Shown here piece by piece: positions 18,086-28,420 of a stretch of 64,000 bases of DNA. Position numbers and translations under genes: made by a program. The stretch is from an uncultured Pseudobdellovibrionaceae bacterium (GTDB lineage Bacteria > Patescibacteriota > Minisyncoccia > Moranbacterales > GCA-2747515). Every line of letters starts with the position of its first letter. The first letter of the stretch is position 1. The DNA lies in the NCBI GenBank assembly GCA_964463705.1, contig CAYXCH010000021.1, positions 1,162 to 65,161 of the forward strand, given 5' to 3'. The notes beneath the pieces are model-generated. The model saw only the letters and a program-made list of their open reading frames with translations. It had not been told where the DNA came from and ran no database searches.

Positions 18086-19530
18086 ACATCACGCATCACG
18101 CGCTCTACTACGTCGGCAACAGCCAACATACCTTCTTCATCAAACCATTTTCCAACGATTTGCGCTCCAATCGGAAGTGTTGCGCCATCCTCTTCCGTTA
18201 CGGTACCGACGGGAACGGAGATGGCGGGAACACCGGCAAGATTGATGCTTACGGTAAAAATATCCGAAAGGTACATGGTCAACGGATCATCCGTTTTGCT
18301 TCCGATACGGAATGCCGTTTCCGGTGTTGTCGGCATCAGAATACACTGTACGTGTTCAAATGCCGATACAAAGTCTTGGTGAATCAGTCGCCGCACTTTT
18401 TGCGCTTTTGCGTAATATTGATCGTAGTATCCGGCGGAGAGTGCATAGGTTCCCAGCATAATGCGGCGCTTTACTTCTCGTCCCAAAAATTCCGCTCGTG
18501 TCGCTCCGTATTGTGCATGAATATCTCCCGATGCTGAAGCGCTCCGTCCATACCGAATACCGTCAAATCGTGCCATATTGGAGCTGACTTCCGACGGCAT
18601 AATAATATAATACGCGCTCAGTGCATGAGTTAAGTGTGGTAATGATATGGGAACAATGGTAGCTCCGTTTTTTGCAAGCGTATCGGCAACATGTTCAATT
18701 CGCTGAGCAATCCGCTTATCCATCATTGCATAGGTTTCCGGCGGCAACACGCCGATCGTCACTCCGCTAACGTCTCCCGTCAAATATTGCTCGTAACGTT
18801 TTCCGGAGCTTTGCGCACTGGTAGCATCATGCGAATCATGTCCGGCGATTCGCGAGAGTACAATTGCCGCATCCTCTACCGTTTGTGTTATCGGTCCGAT
18901 TTGATCCAAACTGGATGCCATCGCAATCAATCCGTACCGTGAAACTCGTCCGTACGTCGGTTTTAGTCCCACACATCCGCAAAATGCCGCCGGCTGACGA
19001 ATAGATCCTCCCGTATCAGATCCAAGCGCCCACGGCACCAACCCCGCTCCCACTGCGGCGGCGGATCCGCCCGACGATCCTCCGGGAACGCGATCCGATG
19101 CATGAGGGTTCCGAGTAATCCCGTACGCGCTGTTCTCCGTAGACGCTCCCATGGCAAACTCATCCATGTTTGTCTTCCCCAAGGGAATTGCCGCCAGCGC
19201 ATTTAATCGCTCAATAACCGTCGCATTATACGGTGCAATATAATTTTCCAGTATCTTGCTCGCTGCGGTTGTCGGTGTATCTTTTATGCAGATGGCATCT
19301 TTGACGCCATATGGAATTCCGGCAAGGATATCAATTTCGCGACCGGCGGCAAGGTCTTCATCAACCTGACGTGCCGCCGCCAATGCACGCTCTTCCATTA
19401 CATGCAAAAACGCACCCAGCGGTAAATCCCCGCTCTGATCACGACGAGCAATATCTTCTATTGAGGCACGCACCAACTCCTCTGCGCGCTTTGCGCCGGT
19501 GCGCAGTTGTTCATGCAGCGTTCGTATCAT
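18082..19530 (-). CDS. gatA: Asp/Glu-tRNA amidotransferase subunit A
   Basis: GKTNMDEFAMG, PGGSSGGSAAAV, GSDTGGSIRQPA, EVKRRIMLGT. Confidence 0.97.
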   Translation of the reverse strand: MIRTLHEQLRTGAKRAEELVRASIEDIARRDQSGDLPLGAFLHVMEERALAAARQVDEDLAAGREIDILAGIPYGVKDAICIKDTPTTAASKILENYIAPYNATVIERLNALAAIPLGKTNMDEFAMGASTENSAYGITRNPHASDRVPGGSSGGSAAAVGAGLVPWALGSDTGGSIRQPAAFCGCVGLKPTYGRVSRYGLIAMASSLDQIGPITQTVEDAAIVLSRIAGHDSHDATSAQSSGKRYEQYLTGDVSGVTIGVLPPETYAMMDKRIAQRIEHVADTLAKNGATIVPISLPHLTHALSAYYIIMPSEVSSNMARFDGIRYGRSASASGDIHAQYGATRAEFLGREVKRRIMLGTYALSAGYYDQYYAKAQKVRRLIHQDFVSAFEHVQCILMPTTPETAFRIGSKTDDPLTMYLSDIFTVSINLAGVPAISVPVGTVTEEDGATLPIGAQIVGKWFDEEGMLAVADVVERVMRDV

Positions 19531-19832
19531 TCCGTTTTTAATACATGAGTTACCACGATGGCGCCATCCTGTGTTCGCGGAACGTTTTCCATTATGCGAC
19601 GCTTTGTATCCTCGTCACACGGCACCGCTACATCATCTCGCAATACATTCGTCCTGCCGGTAATATGCCCAATCGGCTCTATACCATCGGTATCCACCGA
19701 ATCTAATTCGGAAAATGACGTCAGAACGGCGGATAACTCCTTTCGATATTGCTCCACCTCGTTATCGGTCACATCAATATGGGCTAATCGCGCGATATTC
19801 CGCACATCAGCATCAGTCAATGTCTGTGTCAT
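19527..19832 (-). CDS. gatC: Asp/Glu-tRNA amidotransferase subunit C
   Basis: VRNIARLA, LDSVDT, NVLRDD; directly upstream of gatA. Confidence 0.92.
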   Translation of the reverse strand: MTQTLTDADVRNIARLAHIDVTDNEVEQYRKELSAVLTSFSELDSVDTDGIEPIGHITGRTNVLRDDVAVPCDEDTKRRIMENVPRTQDGAIVVTHVLKTE

Positions 19833-19875
19833 AGGGATTGCATTGCGTTCATTCTAACATAAAATATGAGATGCG

Positions 19876-20331
19876 TCATTTTGCATGTACCTCATTAACA
19901 ACATCTGCAAAAATCTCTCGCATCTCTCGTAAAAGATCTCCATAGTTAGAAAGAATCTCTTGTCGTTGTGCAGTGAGCGCATGACGCTCCTCCGCTGTTT
20001 GACAATACTCATCACACACAGCATCCCATTTCGAATCATCAAGAATACAGTCCAGTGAAGCAATATCCATGGAAAGATATGGCGCTGAATTCTTCAAATC
20101 ATTCCAAGAACCCAGGAACATACGCATTTCCACAAACACATCTTTGAGTGGAGAGCTTTTGCCGGTAAATCCTTCTCCTCCGAGCGGATTATCATTTGTT
20201 TCGTAGTGCGTAATACAATTTGAAATAAATGATGTTCCTCCCAATGTGTTAATTTTATCCGCTACCGCCTTCATACGATAATAAAGCGAATCTTCATGAT
20301 CCGGTAATGCGGGTAATTCCATTGTACTCAT
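19876..20331 (-). CDS. Hypothetical protein
   Basis: 151-aa acidic ORF, more AT-rich than flanks; no recognised motif. Confidence 0.6.
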   Translation of the reverse strand: MSTMELPALPDHEDSLYYRMKAVADKINTLGGTSFISNCITHYETNDNPLGGEGFTGKSSPLKDVFVEMRMFLGSWNDLKNSAPYLSMDIASLDCILDDSKWDAVCDEYCQTAEERHALTAQRQEILSNYGDLLREMREIFADVVNEVHAK

Positions 20332-20386
20332 ACACTATATTAGTGATAATATTATATATGGTAATTATATCGTCTCCCCTTATTCT

Positions 20387-21139
20387 ATGCAATGTTCTTG
20401 TACTGCTGTCGCCACCTATGCAACATGTGAATTAAAATATCGCTTACTATATGTGGATAGAGTTCGTCGTTCGCCAACAATCTATCACATACTTGGCACA
20501 CACATTCATAGTGTATTGCGCTTTATTCATAGCCAACCGTTATTGACACCGTCGGAAGAGGAGGCGATAAAATTTTTTCTGCAACTATCGGACTCCGGTT
20601 TTTATGGAAATACAGCAGAGAAACGTTCCGCCATCATGCAAGGAATTGAAATGATCCGTCGCTATTATGCCGATACCGATGTTGCCGGTGTTCGCGTCAT
20701 TGCCACCGAGTTGCCGGTTCGGTTTTCCGCCGGATCTGCCGCCGCCCATTGTATCACCGGGCGTATTGACCGTATTGATGCTACAAAAGACGGATATGAA
20801 GTCATTGACTACAAAACATCTCGTCACATGATGTCGCCACAAGAACAAAAACGTGATCTGCAACTGACCTTATATGCTCGGGCGGTAATGGAGCGGTATG
20901 CTGATCGAATGCATGCGACAGACTCCGTTAGTGTTTCTCTGTACTATGTACGCACCGGTACGATTATTCGTTCTCAGCGGACACGCTCCGATATCAAAAG
21001 AATTGATACGATTGTTGATCAAATGGCGCAATCTATACAACAATCGGTGTACCATCCTCGTCCGGGGTCAATATGCGCTCACTGTGAGGTGCGACAATAC
21101 TGCCCTGAATATCGTACGCACCGGAAGCATAATTATTGA
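20387..21139 (+). CDS. PD-(D/E)XK nuclease, RecB/AddB/Cas4-like
   Basis: GRIDRID, IDYKT, QLTLY, N-terminal Cys plus C-terminal CAHCEVRQYC. Confidence 0.85.
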   Translation: MQCSCTAVATYATCELKYRLLYVDRVRRSPTIYHILGTHIHSVLRFIHSQPLLTPSEEEAIKFFLQLSDSGFYGNTAEKRSAIMQGIEMIRRYYADTDVAGVRVIATELPVRFSAGSAAAHCITGRIDRIDATKDGYEVIDYKTSRHMMSPQEQKRDLQLTLYARAVMERYADRMHATDSVSVSLYYVRTGTIIRSQRTRSDIKRIDTIVDQMAQSIQQSVYHPRPGSICAHCEVRQYCPEYRTHRKHNY

Positions 21140-22089
21140 CCATGATGAGGAGTGGATGATTGCGTTAACTGTGATACAACGGCACGTTCTTGCGTCCAGT
21201 ATGGAATTACTCCCAGCGCAGACACAAGCGCTTGCACCACACGCCCCAACACCACCGCTGCAACCGCATGCTCGGCATGAACACCGAGTGACCCCATAAA
21301 TACAATATATACCCACTCTTTTACACCGATATTTCCAATACTAATCGGTAGTGAAGATACCACCGCTCCGATAAGTGAAAAAAATAGAAACGGGAGTATT
21401 GGTGGTGATTCTTGCAATGCGACAAACAATAAGTAATTTGCCATCCCCACCCCAAACATACCAAAGATCATTCCGACACCAACGGCACGATATATAACAG
21501 ATGTATGCATTGTATCCGCATGGGAGAGAAAAATTTTATAGCGCTTGCGCGGAATAATCCGAACAATTGCCGCCAAAAGCTCATGACGAAACCGCACTAC
21601 AATAGCGGCAGTCGCCGCACCCAGTACCGTAACAGTTGTTAATATAACATCTCGATGTGTTTGTATTGTCCACAGTATCCCGGTAAGTGCGGCAAGAAGG
21701 AGTATTCCATAGAGTCCCGTTGCACGATCCGCCACCACGGTCAATGCCGCGATAAGTCGCCGTTTTGCGCCGCCCAGCCGATATGCCCGATACACATCTC
21801 CCCCGATAAACGACGGAAGAAAGTTATTGATAAATGATGCAGTTAAATAGTATCCGTACAATGTCTTCAATGACACGGGAAACCGGTATGGTGTTGCAAC
21901 GATGCTCCATCGCCATACACTGACAAGGTTTCCCGCAAGTAGAACCAGTGCATAAACAATCACTATACGAATATTTACATCCGTCAATAATACAAATACT
22001 TCACGCCAAGAGATGCTCATTACCAATGCGATAATAAGCCCCATCATGACGATAAATTTGATACCGGTACTCAGTGTCGGATATTTCAC
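21133..22089 (-). CDS. Lysylphosphatidylglycerol-synthase TM / flippase-like protein (UPF0104)
   Basis: RW..., NNFLPSFIGGDVYR, DR, LPISIGNIGVKE. Confidence 0.85.
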   Translation of the reverse strand: MKYPTLSTGIKFIVMMGLIIALVMSISWREVFVLLTDVNIRIVIVYALVLLAGNLVSVWRWSIVATPYRFPVSLKTLYGYYLTASFINNFLPSFIGGDVYRAYRLGGAKRRLIAALTVVADRATGLYGILLLAALTGILWTIQTHRDVILTTVTVLGAATAAIVVRFRHELLAAIVRIIPRKRYKIFLSHADTMHTSVIYRAVGVGMIFGMFGVGMANYLLFVALQESPPILPFLFFSLIGAVVSSLPISIGNIGVKEWVYIVFMGSLGVHAEHAVAAVVLGRVVQALVSALGVIPYWTQERAVVSQLTQSSTPHHGQ

Positions 22090-23246
22090 ACGCGATGATT
22101 TATTACATCGTAGTAAAGTTTTTCATATGCATCCGCTACCGTCTTCCAAGAGTATTCTTCCGCTCGGGCACGTGCCGCCGCTCCCATGCGTTCCCGCCGC
22201 TCTTCATCTTCAAGTAATATCGCCAATGCATCACGAATCGCCGAAGCATCAGCACGATCAACAATAAATCCCTGCTCCCCATTGGTAACAACCTCACTCC
22301 CTCCGGTACGTGTAATGATCACCGGTACTCCGCACGCAAGCGCTTCCAACATATTGTTACTCATGCCTTCATTTAAAGACGGAAAGACAAATACGTCTGC
22401 CTGCTGATAAGCATCAATTAACGCATCCTGATTTAAGTGTCCCGTAAAGGTAATCCGATCGTGACAGGATAATCCCGCTGCCTGTAAGCGAAGTTCATCG
22501 GCGGCATCTCCATCCCCACCGGCAATAATCATTCGCATCGGACGATCCGGAAAATCATCACTCAGTCGAGCAAACGCATCCAGCGCATACCGAATTCCTT
22601 TGCGTCGCATTAATCGCGCCGCCGCCAGCACCGTAAATGGTGCATCGGGATCACGTGGTGTGGTGCGGGGCACAAACCGTGTGGTATCCACCCCATTGGG
22701 AATTAAATGAATACGCTGATCCGGAGCGGTGGCAAGTGCCAATGTTCGCAACTGTTCACTATTTGCCACAACCGCTGCCGCCGACTTCCACACTTGCCGA
22801 ATTATCCCGCGCAACAACGGGTATATACGATTATAACGGTCACTAAACCCCGGAACATCTGAGCCGCGAAGTGACACAATATACGGTAATGATCCGGCAA
22901 TCATCCGTGCCATCCACCCGCACGGTACGCCAAAAAATGCATGAATAATATCATAGCGATGCTTCTGTTGCAGTTGTCGCGCCGTCCGCAATCCATGATA
23001 AGTGTATAAGAGTAAATCTCTCATACTCTGATGTGTCAATCGTTCGGGAGACTTATTAATGGATATATAGTGGATGCGGACGGACGGAGATACTTCCTCC
23101 ACTCGCTCCCGATTGTCTGCCGCCGTTGTTACCAGATCTACTTCCAAATTGTTCCGCTTTGCATACTCAGACAAAAGGTACCGCGTCGCGTTGGCCGCTC
23201 CTCCGCCCAACGGCGGATATTCATAGTTAAGAAACAGTATGCGCAT
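22086..23246 (-). CDS. GT4 glycosyltransferase
   Basis: YEYPPLGGGA, IPNGVD, FVFPSLNEGMSNNMLEA. Confidence 0.92.
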   Translation of the reverse strand: MRILFLNYEYPPLGGGAANATRYLLSEYAKRNNLEVDLVTTAADNRERVEEVSPSVRIHYISINKSPERLTHQSMRDLLLYTYHGLRTARQLQQKHRYDIIHAFFGVPCGWMARMIAGSLPYIVSLRGSDVPGFSDRYNRIYPLLRGIIRQVWKSAAAVVANSEQLRTLALATAPDQRIHLIPNGVDTTRFVPRTTPRDPDAPFTVLAAARLMRRKGIRYALDAFARLSDDFPDRPMRMIIAGGDGDAADELRLQAAGLSCHDRITFTGHLNQDALIDAYQQADVFVFPSLNEGMSNNMLEALACGVPVIITRTGGSEVVTNGEQGFIVDRADASAIRDALAILLEDEERRERMGAAARARAEEYSWKTVADAYEKLYYDVINHRV

Positions 23247-23250
23247 AGGA

Positions 23251-24609
23251 TTATTTTTCCGTGGATAATGGCAATATTCGCTTGCGTCCGACACTCTCAT
23301 ACGTAAATCCATAGGAGCGCATTTCCTCCGGATCATAGAGGTTGCGGGCATCTACAATTTTCAGACTATTCATTAAGGAAGCGACACGATCCATATCCGG
23401 CGCGCGAAATTGCGCCCATTCCGTCATTACCACCAACACATCAGCACCATCTACCGCGGCATACAAATCATCTACATAGTGAAGGTTCTCATGGGTGCCG
23501 ACCGAGGTGTGCGCGGCAAAAGTCTTCTGTGCCTCCGGGTCATATGCGCGAACGGTTGCCCCGTCACGCAGAAGCGCATCAATAACGGAAATTGCGGGCG
23601 ACTCTCGCACATCATCCGTATTGGCTTTAAATGCCAATCCCCATATCGCTACGGTACAATTGGAGCAGTCCATTCCGCACAACGCCCGTACTTTCTCCAC
23701 GATATATGCGCGTTGCAGGATATTGACTTCTTCCACCGCATCCAAAATCAATGCCGTTTCTCCATGCTCCTTTGCAAAATGTGCCAACGCCTTCACGTCT
23801 TTGGGAAAGCAAGATCCACCATATCCGGGACCGGCATAGAGAAATGCTCGTCCGATACGATTATCTGCCGCAATTCCATTCCGAATCTCCTCAATATCCG
23901 CGCCGACACGTTCCGCCAAACGAGAGAGTTCATTCATAAATGAAATACGGGTAGCCAACATTGCATTGGCGGCATATTTAATCATCTCCGCACTCACACG
24001 ATCGGTAAAAATCACTTTATATCCACTGCGCATAAACGGTGCATAAAGTTTTTCCATCAATTCTTTCGCTCGCGTATCATTCGCACCAATCACAATACGA
24101 TCCGGTTTAAGAAAATCCTGTACAGCATTTCCCTCTTTAAGAAATTCCGGATTGGAAACAACGGAAAATGGCACTTCTACACCTCGCTCTGCAAATATAC
24201 GACGCATCTCTTCTTCCACCCGCCGTCCTGTCAATGGCGGCACGGTGGATTTTGTTATCAGAACCCGATAGTCATTCGCATGTTTCGCCACCGTTCGCGC
24301 CACATCCAATACATAACGCAAATCCGCACTACCGTCTTCATCCGGTGGTGTTCCCACCGCACTCATAATAATGGTGTGTTCCTTTACCGCCGTTTCCGCA
24401 TCGGTTGTAAAACGCAATCGCCCCGATTCTACCGCCTCATGAATAATCTCTTCCAGTCCCGGCTCATAGATGGGACACTCTCCGGCATTTAGACGAGCAA
24501 TTTTATCCTCATCAACATCAACACACGTAACATTGTTTCCAACACGTGCCAAACATGCACCGGACACCAGTCCGACATACCCGCTTCCAAAAATCGCAAT
24601 AGTTTGCAT
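23251..24609 (-). CDS. ugd: UDP-glucose 6-dehydrogenase
   Basis: GSGYVG, SNPEFLKEG, GYGGSCFPKD, TDDVRESP. Confidence 0.96.
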   Translation of the reverse strand: MQTIAIFGSGYVGLVSGACLARVGNNVTCVDVDEDKIARLNAGECPIYEPGLEEIIHEAVESGRLRFTTDAETAVKEHTIIMSAVGTPPDEDGSADLRYVLDVARTVAKHANDYRVLITKSTVPPLTGRRVEEEMRRIFAERGVEVPFSVVSNPEFLKEGNAVQDFLKPDRIVIGANDTRAKELMEKLYAPFMRSGYKVIFTDRVSAEMIKYAANAMLATRISFMNELSRLAERVGADIEEIRNGIAADNRIGRAFLYAGPGYGGSCFPKDVKALAHFAKEHGETALILDAVEEVNILQRAYIVEKVRALCGMDCSNCTVAIWGLAFKANTDDVRESPAISVIDALLRDGATVRAYDPEAQKTFAAHTSVGTHENLHYVDDLYAAVDGADVLVVMTEWAQFRAPDMDRVASLMNSLKIVDARNLYDPEEMRSYGFTYESVGRKRILPLSTEK

Positions 24610-24614
24610 AAGTT

Positions 24615-25577
24615 TTAACGATTGTGTGTTACACGTTTAATAACGTAATTCATTCGGTTCGCCGTACGATAGTAATTACGCATGGCAACATCCATTAACA
24701 AACCGAAGGTAAACAATTGGATACCGGTCAAGATGCCAAACACTCCCAACAGCGGCCAAATACGTTCGGAGATGGACGCACCAAAAACAATTTTTTCCAC
24801 AAGCATCCATACCAATATTGCCATACCAACGGCAATGCTTATCAATCCCACTCCACCAAAAAAATGAAGGGGACGCGAGCGAAACCGCTGCCAGAACCCC
24901 ATTGCCACCATATCGGCAAATCCTTTAATGGATCGCCGCCAGTTGTATTTGGTTGTACCGGCGGTCCGCGGCCGATGCGTTACCTTTACCTCACCGATTC
25001 GCCATCCGTCCAGCTCCAACAACGCCGGAATAAATCGGTGCATCTCTCCAAATAAATCCACACCGTCAAAACACTCACGTTTATAGACGCGCAACTGACA
25101 TCCCGAATCATGAATCGTATCATGCAATAATGCCTTTCGCAGTTTATCCGCAACACGAGACACAAGACGCTTGGCGACACTGTCTTTGCGATTATATCGC
25201 CAACTTGCTACTACATCATACCCCTCCGTATGCATTTTCTCTAACAGTTTGGGAATTTCCGCAGGATCATCTTGTAAATCCCCATCCATTGTGCAAAGAA
25301 TGCTACCGCGCGCCGCCTTGATGCCGGCATCCAATCCGGCTGTTTGTCCAAAACGCCGACGAAACTCAATAACCGTTACCGGTGAGAGTGATCGTGCAAT
25401 TTCCGCCGTCCGATCCGTAGATCCGTCATCCACAAAAATAATTTCATAGGGTTCACCCAACCGTGTCGCCGTCTCCACAATTTGTCGATGTAATTCTTGT
25501 ACATTTCCCTCCTCATTTAATAACGGTGCAATAAATGAATATGTTATCTGCTCCGATGATGACTTGGTATTGTCCAT
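24615..25577 (-). CDS. GT2 polyprenol-phosphate glycosyltransferase (ArnC-like)
   Basis: VDDGSTD, MDGDLQDDP, GEMHRFIP, two C-terminal TMs. Confidence 0.9.
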   Translation of the reverse strand: MDNTKSSSEQITYSFIAPLLNEEGNVQELHRQIVETATRLGEPYEIIFVDDGSTDRTAEIARSLSPVTVIEFRRRFGQTAGLDAGIKAARGSILCTMDGDLQDDPAEIPKLLEKMHTEGYDVVASWRYNRKDSVAKRLVSRVADKLRKALLHDTIHDSGCQLRVYKRECFDGVDLFGEMHRFIPALLELDGWRIGEVKVTHRPRTAGTTKYNWRRSIKGFADMVAMGFWQRFRSRPLHFFGGVGLISIAVGMAILVWMLVEKIVFGASISERIWPLLGVFGILTGIQLFTFGLLMDVAMRNYYRTANRMNYVIKRVTHNR

Positions 25578-25612
25578 ACAATTGCGTTAACATCTGATGC
25601 TGATAGTATACC

Positions 25613-25646
25613 ACACCGCCGCACGATAAACATCGTACGGCGGTGT
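25613..25646 (-). terminator. Stem-loop after clpB
   Basis: 15-bp stem ACACCGCCGTACGAT/ATCGTGCGGCGGTGT, 4-nt loop; no clear U-tract on minus strand. Confidence 0.55.
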
Positions 25647-25664
25647 TTTAGTTGCCGATTTCAC

Positions 25665-28274
25665 TTACGAGATTACCAGTGTGTCATCATCACACCGAAC
25701 ATGGAATGTGCCGGCGCCATTTTTGATAACGGAAAGTGCTAGCGGATCCAAAATTTCCTTCTGAATGACACGCTTCAACGGACGAGCTCCATAGAGTGGA
25801 TCATATCCCTTCTTTGCCAAGCAATCACGGGCATCATCATCCACCGTGATGGTAATATCTCGGCGCGCCAATCGCTCTTGTACCCGTGCCAACTGAATAT
25901 CCACAATCGTGCGCAACATCTCTTCGGTGACTGGGTGGAAGATAATAATATCATCCACTCGGTTGAGAAATTCCGGCTTGAACGTAGATCGTAACTCCTC
26001 CATCACGGAAGCGCGCATTGTTTCCTCAGACGTGTCTTTCGCCTCTCGCAACTTCGCAATGTGTTGTGAACCGATGTTTGACGTCATGATGATGATAGTG
26101 TTGCTGAAATCCACCGTTCGTCCTTTGGAATCAGTCAATCGTCCGTCGTCCAAAATCTGCAAGAAGATATTAAAGACATCCGGGTGCGCTTTTTCAATCT
26201 CGTCAAAAAGCAACACACTGTACGGACGGCGACGCACCGCCTCTGTCAATTGACCGCCATCATCATGTCCAACATATCCCGGGGGCGCACCAATCAATTT
26301 CGCTACGGTATGCTGCTCCATATACTCACTCATGTCAATGCGTACCAGGGCCTTTTCCGTGTCAAACAGTTCTGCGGCAAGCGCTTTTGCCAATTCGGTT
26401 TTTCCCACACCGGTGGGTCCCAGGAAGATAAACGACGCAATTGGTCGCCCCTCTTCACTCAATCCGGCGCGAGACCGTCGAATCGCGTTAGAGACGGCGG
26501 AAATTGCTTCGGATTGTCCCACTACCCGCTGTTGTAATGAGGTCTCCAAGTGTGCCAACCGCTCTTGTTCCGATGCAAGCATCTTTGATACGGGAACACC
26601 GGTCCATTGCGCAATAATCCGAGCGATATCCTCCTCGGTAACTTCTTCTTTCAGAATCGGTGAATCCTTTTGCAACTGCGCCAGTGCCTCCTGTGCGGCG
26701 GCAATTTCCTTTTCCAATGCGGGAATCTTGCTATACCGAATTTCCGCCACTTTTTCCAAATCGCCATCTCGCTCCAATGCTTCCGCTTGTGATCGCAGTT
26801 TCTCCAATTCCGCCTTCTTCTCTCGCACTGAAAGAATTGCATCTTTTTCCGCCTTCCACCGTACCTTCAATGCGGTAATCTTTTCGTTGAGATCCGCAAT
26901 TTCCTTCTCAATCGCTTCCAATGTCTCCTTACTCTTCTTCTTCGTGGCATTCGTTGCACTACCGTCTCCGCCAAAGTCTTTACTTACGGCAGTCTTTTCA
27001 ATTTCCAACTGTCGCTTCCGACGCTCCAATGCGTCCAACTCCGCCGGCATAGAATCAATCGCCATTCGCAATTGACTTGCCGCCTCATCCAATAGATCAA
27101 TCGCTTTATCCGGTAGAAATCGATCGGTAATGTATCGCTGTGACAGTGTTACCGCCGCAACAATTGCGTCATCGGTAATACGGACACCATGATGTAACGC
27201 ATATTTCTCTTTGATACCGCGCAAAATCGCAATTGCATCCTCCGGTGACGGCTCACCGACATATACCGGCTGAAACCGACGCTCCAATGCGGCATCTTTT
27301 TCCACATACTTACGATACTCTTTCAATGTTGTGGCGCCAATCGTGCGCACCTTTCCGCGCGCCAATGCCGGCTTGAGAATATTTGCGGCATCCATCGCTC
27401 CTTCTCCACCGGCACCGGCACCAATCAACATATGCATTTCGTCAATAAACAACACATACCGATCCGGTTGCGCGTCCAATGCCTTTAACACTCCTTTAAG
27501 GCGCTCTTCAAACTCTCCCCGGTACTTTGCGCCGGCGATCAGTGCTCCCATATCCAAGCTCAAAATCTCTTTATTTTTGAGTGTCTCCGGAACATCACCA
27601 CTGACAATGCGTTGCGCAAGACCCTCCACAATCGCCGTTTTTCCCGTTCCCGGCTCTCCAATCAGTACGGGATTGTTTTTTGTTCGACGCGAAAGAATTT
27701 GCATGACCCGACGAATCTCCTCATCCCGTCCAATAATCGGATCAATTGCATCATCTCGCACCATCTGCGTAAGATTTTGCGTGTATCGTTTAAGCGCATC
27801 GTCACTTCCGCCGCTGTCCGGTGTATCTACCGTACCGCTTCGTACGGAAGAAATCGCACTACGCAACGCCGCAGGATTGACACCGGCATCCGTTAAAATC
27901 TCTCGCGCTGTTGATGGCGCCTCAAACAATGCAAAGAGTAAATGCTCCGTGGCAACATAGCGATCATTTAGCGCACGCATTTCCTTTTGCGCCGCCTCCA
28001 AAATCTGCGCCAACTCCCGACTAAACACCATTTGTGACGCATCGGTAATGGATGTACTCGGCCGCTTCGCCAATGCCGCCTCTGCCGCCTCATAAATACG
28101 CTTCGGATCAACATTCTGTGTTTTCAGCAATGCCGTTACCGTCGCATCGCTCTGCTCCATCAAAGCAAATAACATGTGCAGTCCCTCTACGCTCTGATGA
28201 CCGCGAGACAATGCCGCTTCCTGTGCGCGCTGCAACACTCGTTGCGCCGCTGTTGTAAATTTTTCCAAGTCCAT
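25665..28274 (-). CDS. clpB: AAA+ disaggregase ClpB
   Basis: GEPGTGKT and GPTGVGKT Walker A motifs, coiled-coil M domain, YGARPL. Confidence 0.97.
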   Translation of the reverse strand: MDLEKFTTAAQRVLQRAQEAALSRGHQSVEGLHMLFALMEQSDATVTALLKTQNVDPKRIYEAAEAALAKRPSTSITDASQMVFSRELAQILEAAQKEMRALNDRYVATEHLLFALFEAPSTAREILTDAGVNPAALRSAISSVRSGTVDTPDSGGSDDALKRYTQNLTQMVRDDAIDPIIGRDEEIRRVMQILSRRTKNNPVLIGEPGTGKTAIVEGLAQRIVSGDVPETLKNKEILSLDMGALIAGAKYRGEFEERLKGVLKALDAQPDRYVLFIDEMHMLIGAGAGGEGAMDAANILKPALARGKVRTIGATTLKEYRKYVEKDAALERRFQPVYVGEPSPEDAIAILRGIKEKYALHHGVRITDDAIVAAVTLSQRYITDRFLPDKAIDLLDEAASQLRMAIDSMPAELDALERRKRQLEIEKTAVSKDFGGDGSATNATKKKSKETLEAIEKEIADLNEKITALKVRWKAEKDAILSVREKKAELEKLRSQAEALERDGDLEKVAEIRYSKIPALEKEIAAAQEALAQLQKDSPILKEEVTEEDIARIIAQWTGVPVSKMLASEQERLAHLETSLQQRVVGQSEAISAVSNAIRRSRAGLSEEGRPIASFIFLGPTGVGKTELAKALAAELFDTEKALVRIDMSEYMEQHTVAKLIGAPPGYVGHDDGGQLTEAVRRRPYSVLLFDEIEKAHPDVFNIFLQILDDGRLTDSKGRTVDFSNTIIIMTSNIGSQHIAKLREAKDTSEETMRASVMEELRSTFKPEFLNRVDDIIIFHPVTEEMLRTIVDIQLARVQERLARRDITITVDDDARDCLAKKGYDPLYGARPLKRVIQKEILDPLALSVIKNGAGTFHVRCDDDTLVIS

Positions 28275-28364
28275 AGGTTTTCTTTTATTCTCTTATTGAC
28301 ATTTACTTATCGGACAATCATCCACTCAACTCCTATTATTCCATCAACCCTTCATCCGTTATGA

Positions 28365-28407
28365 ATTGTATCATAACAAATTAGCACTCGTCAAGTGAGA
28401 GTGCTAA
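28365..28407 (-). promoter_or_regulatory. CIRCE operator (HrcA) overlapping the clpB promoter
   Basis: Perfect TTAGCACTC-N9-GAGTGCTAA at 28381-28407; TTGACG inside it and TGnTACAAT with -10 at 28370-28365. Confidence 0.95.
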
Positions 28408-28420
28408 TTTATGATTGCTC

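Noticed and set aside
20387-21139. cas4 of the type V system
   Set aside because: 14 kb away, opposite strand, no cas1/cas2; motifs fit generic RecB-family nucleases common in CPR.
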